A stretch of 64,000 nucleotides of DNA from Nemertoderma westbladi. Lineage: Eukaryota > Animalia > Xenacoelomorpha. The notes under the pieces were generated by a model. The model did no database searches. It had not been told where the DNA came from and was given only the letters and a program-made list of their open reading frames with translations. A program made the position numbers and the translations under genes. Shown in pieces: positions 60,201 to 64,000 of this stretch (its first letter is position 1; every line of letters begins with the position of its first letter). Where the stretch lies: assembly GCA_032718475.1 (NCBI GenBank), contig JAUCBJ010007342.1, forward strand, positions 1 to 64,000, read 5' to 3'.

Positions 60201-61788
60201 AATCATTCGGAGGCGTTGGAACCTCTGGCGAACCACTCATAGGTTGTGGAACCGCTGGTGAACCACTCATAGGTGGGTGATCCGCTGTCGAACCACTCAG
60301 AGGTGGGGAAACCGCTGGAGAACCACTCGTAGGCGGGAGATCCGCTGGTGAACCACTCAGAGGTGGGGAAACCACTGGCGGACCACTCGTAGGCGGGAGA
60401 TCCGCTGACGATCCACTCGGAGGCGTGGGAACCGCTGGCAAAACACTCGGAGGCGTGGGAACCGCTGACGAACCACTCAAAGGTGGGGGAACCGCTGGCG
60501 AACCACTCAAAGGTGGGGGAACCGCTGGGGAACCACTTGGGGGCGTGGTATCTGATGGCGAACCATTCGGAGGCATGGGAACCGCTGTCGAACCACTCGG
60601 AGGCATGGGAACCACTGGCGAACCACTCGGAGGCGTGGGAACCGCCGGCGACACACTCTGAGGTGGGGGAACCGCTGGCGAACCACTCAGAGGTGGGGGA
60701 ACCACTGGGGAACCACTCGGAGGCGTGGTATCCGATGACAAACCATTCCGAGGTGTGGGAAACGCTGGCGAACCACTAGGAGGCGTGGGAACCGCTGACG
60801 AACCACTCAAAGTTGGGGGAATCGCTGGGGAACCACTCAGAAGTGGGGGAAACGCTGGCGAACCATTCGGAGGCGAAGGATCTGATGGCGAACCACTCGG
60901 AGGCGTTGGAACCGCTGGCGAACCACTCGGAGGCGTGGGAACCGATGACAAACCACTCAAAGGTGGGGGAATCGCTGGGGAACCACTCGGAGGCGTGGTA
61001 TCTGATGGCGAACCATTCGGAGGTGTGGGAACCACTGTCGAACCACTAGGAGGCGTGGGAACTGCTGGCAAACCACTCGGAGGCGTGGGAACCGCAGGCG
61101 ACCCATTCTGAGGTGGGGGAACCACTGGCGTCCCACTCAGTGGTGGAGGAACCGCTGGCGACCCACTCAGAGGTGGGGGAACTGCTGGCGAACCACTCAG
61201 AGGCGTGGGAACCGCTGGCGACCCACTCAGAGGTGGGGGAACCGCTGGCGAACCACTCAGAGGCGAGGGAAGCGCTGGCGATGAAATGTTACATGTTACC
61301 ACGGCCGCTGGATGTTTATAGAAATGAGTTATCAGGTTATTAGATTTATGCATTTCCTGGGGTCCCCAGTTCTTTGTAGCCGGTAGGTCCATGGGATCTG
61401 TTGGCGAGACCACCGCAGTCGATGGATCCCTTAGCGAACCCTCCGCAGTTGAGGGATCCTTAGGCGAACCCGCCGTGGTTGAGGAATCCTTTAGCGAACC
61501 CGCCGATGTCGAGGAATCCTTTAGAGCACCCGCCGCGGTCGATTTGATCAAACTCGGCGGGTCCCGGAGTCCCTCGGAACCGGACTTCGCGTCGGCGTTA
61601 ACTCCGTTGGTAGAGCCTGATAGATCCTCTGGAAAGATTGCATTACTCTTTCGATCCAAGAGTGATAACGCACGCTTTAGTTTCTCTGCACGAGTTCCTG
61701 CAGTCGGCAAATCATTTTTGTCGAGAAACCGTTTAAGATTGTTGGTGTTCATCTTCCGAATGCGTACATATTCCATTTTCTTCGGCAC
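57151..61788 (-). CDS. LINE ORF1, 1545 aa: SAP domain, Pro/Ser 10-aa repeats, Ulp1/SENP (C48) protease-like domain, coiled coil and C-terminal RRM-like ORF1 domain
   Basis: IRKMNTNNLKRFLDKNDLPTAGTRAEKLKRAL (SAP). DMKTL..EWLSDTVVDSFL, LLIP...EHFVLHVAD, PTQENSYDCGVYVC (Ulp1). LELRVKSLEQEN-like coil (MELRVKSLEQENIDLR). TLYLTGM...FWPQGFVC. Confidence 0.88.
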   Translation of the reverse strand: MPKKMEYVRIRKMNTNNLKRFLDKNDLPTAGTRAEKLKRALSLLDRKSNAIFPEDLSGSTNGVNADAKSGSEGLRDPPSLIKSTAAGALKDSSTSAGSLKDSSTTAGSPKDPSTAEGSLRDPSTAVVSPTDPMDLPATKNWGPQEMHKSNNLITHFYKHPAAVVTCNISSPALPSPLSGSPAVPPPLSGSPAVPTPLSGSPAVPPPLSGSPAVPPPLSGTPVVPPPQNGSPAVPTPPSGLPAVPTPPSGSTVVPTPPNGSPSDTTPPSGSPAIPPPLSGLSSVPTPPSGSPAVPTPPSGSPSDPSPPNGSPAFPPLLSGSPAIPPTLSGSSAVPTPPSGSPAFPTPRNGLSSDTTPPSGSPVVPPPLSGSPAVPPPQSVSPAVPTPPSGSPVVPMPPSGSTAVPMPPNGSPSDTTPPSGSPAVPPPLSGSPAVPPPLSGSSAVPTPPSVLPAVPTPPSGSSADLPPTSGPPVVSPPLSGSPADLPPTSGSPAVSPPLSGSTADHPPMSGSPAVPQPMSGSPEVPTPPNDSPADLPPTSVSPAVPPPLSGSSAGLPPTSGSPAVPQPMSGSPEVPTPPSGLPADLRPTSGSPADLPSTCGSPAVPTPLSGSPADLSPMSGSPVVPTPPSGSPVDLPPTSGSPEVPPPPSGSPAVTTPPSGSPADPHSTSGRSPMSSMDPPGLQTDTLAIKNWGTQYMPNPKNLITHFFKPKVSSCTDDIIFTKKVTFSKTNIVYTFNESDNTKRHSENKTKVDEADVHFVDKIGAHKNEDDVDIHFVKKIDKNLQPKMADLEQITIYLNQLNNDQPPNVLPERKDMKTLECKEWLSDTVVDSFLGLLRKQFPHVASVQSDLCQKLAVEKYDTLFAIQLMAIPYFGKYMSARPEFLLIPECYNKEHFVLHVADLKMRLVYTISSTASLPGKIAFQICELLNLMDNLTTSEPAIDKYENRERQHAWKVTTTPSGHKYPTQENSYDCGVYVCLFANAIATNSKVSHFHTDSDRCRNWISKCLDNVKYYAPDEFEPPTSNTRKSTDVLVGSLIPNCQGRDESKHISPSKLMVSPISQSIQRILQLPRKYAVSKLSNRKFNELMNARICLFSEIKPTLSASETVTFHLNHRSSEAQLAQDIFELHRSRVNGTLTAACKKRLKREFLPAQPPASMEIHALIGHIQSRLSGMELRVKSLEQENIDLRDQLENERRTRHITRSVMCDSAVASNPLRVSQGRHTVTERGDCNNEYVKHVQHIVSDKPIDVQNPTGKLTHNAWGKPIESHTSNQTQSLEMNMGKSRTVSTGPFNRNMQVSHGHGRSRPGINGDLKILDGDKVRQSRVIEGNIEKPFHMVRQSHRPRDELHHQTRLHNSRPAVNCDNRFTVLSHTPDDLEDSKPISHPFGSSMTSGHRFKRPGSESDKVNPVLYNHNKRQLNQGDTCAQTKTLYLTGMKADCAEGLIDGYCNEVGIKVLKISTRFYNRDKNMQLVVNANDASALTSTGFWPQGFVCVEWEYRQYAFTDATDKMEQTVPFYGRQGHIARCRGGSRTGGEFGVPRRYRY
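59770..61275 (-). repeat. Coding 30-bp tandem repeat (SGSPAVPPPL-type), about 50 units, inside ORF1
   Basis: In-frame, diverged units with no stop in the ORF1 frame. Confidence 0.93.
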
Positions 61789-62005
61789 TCAAGAGTACTC
61801 GGCCTTCGCTCGAATGGCGTCGTAGTTCGCAGAAACGCAGATATTGTAATTAAAATGTAATAAAATGTAAATAAAAGTGTATTGGCACCAATACAGTACA
61901 CGGTACAGCAGTATTGTAGTAGCACAGCAGTACGGTACAGCAGCAATTCAACGCAGTCTTCAGTACGCTACACAAATGAATGCCAATAGAAGTCGCTGAA
62001 TATCA

Positions 62006-63646
62006 ATAGGAGTAACGCCAATCCCTACCTTCGGGTAGCAGATATGTGTAGCACCCACCCCTACATTCGGGTAGCAGATAGGAGTAGGAGTAGCGCCCAT
62101 CCCTACCCTCGGGTAGCAGATAGGAGTAACGCCAATCCCTACCTTCGGGTAGCAGATATGTGTAGCACCCACCCCTACATTCGGGTAGCAGATAGGAGTA
62201 GCGCCCACCCCTACCCTCGGGTAGCAGAGAGGAGTAGCGGCCACCCCTACCCTCGGGTAGCAGATAGGAGTAGCGCCCACCCCTACCCTCGGGTAGCAGA
62301 TAGGAGTAACACCAATCCCTACCTTCGGGTAGCAGATATGTGTAGCGCCGACCCCTACATTCGGGTAGCAGATAGGAGTAGCGCCCACCCCTACCCTCGG
62401 GTAGCAGAGAGGAGTAGCGCCCACCCCTACCCTCGGGTAGCAGATAGGAGTAGCGCCCACCCCTACCCTCGGGTAGTATATAGGAATAGCGCCCATCCCT
62501 ACCTTCGGGTAGCAGATGTGTAGCGCCCACCCCCACCTTCGGGTAGCAGATAGGAGTAGCGCCCAGCCTTATCTTCGGGTAGCAGATAGGAGTAGCGCCC
62601 ACCCCTACCTTCGGGTAGCAGATAGGAGTAGCGCCCACCCCTACCTTCGGGTAGCAGATAGGAGTAGCGCCTACCCCTACCTTCGGGTAGCAGATAGGAG
62701 TAGCGCCCACCCCTACCTATGGGTAGCAGATAGAAGTAGCGCCCACCCTTACCTTCGGGTAGCAGATAGGAATAGCGCCCACCCCTACCTTCGGGTGGCA
62801 GATAGGAGTAGCGCCTACCCCTACCTTCGGGTAGCAGATAGGAGTAGCGCCCACCCCTACCTTCGGGTAGCAGATAGGAGTAGCGCCCACCCCTACCTTC
62901 GGGTAGCAGATAGGAGTAGCGCCCACCCCTACCTTCGGGTAGCAGATACGAGTAGCGCCCACCCCTACCTTCGGGTAGCAGATAGGAGTAGCGCCCACCC
63001 CTACCGTCGGGTAGCAGATAGGAGTAGCGCCCACCCCTACCTTCGGGTAGCAGATAGGAGTAGCGCCCACCCTTACCCTCGGGTAGCAGATAGGAGTAGC
63101 GCCCACCCCTACCTTCGGGTAGCAGATAGGAGTAGCGCCTACCCCTACCTTCGGGTAGCAGATAGGAGTAGCGCCCACCCCTACCTTATGGTAGCAGATA
63201 GGAGTAGCGACCATCCCTACCTTATGGTAGCAGATAGGAGTAGCGCCCACCCCTACCTTCGGGTAGCAGATAGGAGTAGCGCCTACCCCTACCTTCGGGT
63301 AGCAGATAGGAGTAGCGCCCACCCCTACCTTCGGGTAGCAGACAGGAGTAGCGCCTACCCCTACCTTCGGGTAGCAGATAGGAGTAGCGCCTACCCCTAC
63401 CTTCGGGTAGCAGATAGGAGTAGCGCCCACCCCTACCTTCGGGTAGCAGACAGGAGTAGTGCCTACCCCTACCTTCGGGTAGCAGATAGGAGTAGCGCAC
63501 ACCCCTACCTTCGGGTAGCAGATAGGAGTAGCGCACACCCCTACCTTCGGGTAGCAGATAGGAGTAGCGCCCACCCCTACCCTCGGGTAGCAGAGAGGAG
63601 TAGCGCCCACCCCTACCCTCGGGTAGCAGATAGGAGTAGCGCCCAC
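62006..63646. repeat. 33-bp minisatellite array, right part
   Basis: Same unit and orientation as 52653-53798. Confidence 0.97.
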
Positions 63647-64000
63647 TGTAAGGGTCCAGTAGTATACCGCTTACCAGATCCTAGTAACGATGTATCTTAC
63701 TATGAGACTCTAGTAATGTATACGGGCTTGTACAGTATCTGACAACAAATCCCAGTCCAGGATATCTAAACAAACAGATATAGTACACAAACGACTACTG
63801 GCGAGGAACAGAGCCTTGTATCTATTCTATGTACGTGAGCGGGTCGAATGCCTACGTACTAGACAGAAGGATACCTGTCCTCTAACCGGTGAGGCAGATG
63901 TACAGTTACAGTAACAGACCAAACTCACGGGAAAACAATCCCCGCGCAGCGAATCCTAACTATCACTGACAGTCCTAAATACAGTAACTTGCCGCGGTGT
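63647..64000. mobile_element. Possible start of another LTR inserted in the minisatellite
   Basis: Abrupt switch in mid-unit (GCGCCCAC|TGTAAGG) to unique sequence starting TGT. The rest lies outside the window. Confidence 0.35.

Larger units (their letters stand above)
53799..62005 (-). mobile_element. Full-length two-ORF APE-type LINE (about 8.2 kb; RTEX/Proto2/L2-like, clade uncertain) inserted in the 33-bp minisatellite
   Basis: Poly(A) tail (T10 at 53799-53808), ORF1 and ORF2. The satellite resumes in register at 62006, with ATA on both sides of the insertion. Confidence 0.9.

Noticed and set aside
52530-63742. ORFs made of GATPICYPKVGV, LLPEGRGGRYSY or VADRSSAHPYLR repeats
   Set aside because: Translations of the 33-bp minisatellite in several frames, with no evidence of coding.

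Overview
Eukaryotic, probably invertebrate animal, DNA that is almost entirely nested transposons. It holds one clear host-type gene, an intronless mitochondrial ornithine carrier (SLC25A15-like, 22503-23480, minus strand). The centrepiece is a young 18.85-kb BEL/Pao LTR retrotransposon (24355-43208, minus) with 2.2-kb near-identical LTRs and a CTGCC target-site duplication (TSD). Downstream of gag-pol, where env would sit, it carries an extra ORF of about 1230 codons. That ORF encodes a WRN/Mut-7/EXD-like DEDDy 3'-5' exonuclease, three CCHC zinc knuckles and an RG-rich tail. A second, divergent and decayed BEL element (1360-7260) has a relic apparently homologous to the N-terminus of that ORF in the same position. 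A near-intact APE-type LINE (53799-62005, minus) is inserted in a 33-bp minisatellite. Its 1545-aa ORF1 has a SAP domain, PIP-box-like and SIM-like motifs and a Ulp1/SENP-type protease. Both elements therefore carry cargo resembling host small-RNA or SUMO silencing machinery, which suggests anti-silencing functions (inference). Also present: an intact RTE LINE, truncated RTE and CR1/L2 copies, several MITE, foldback and Helentron-like elements, a 4.8-kb satellite, and an inverted duplication bracketing about 39 kb. All domain calls are by eye; no searches were run.
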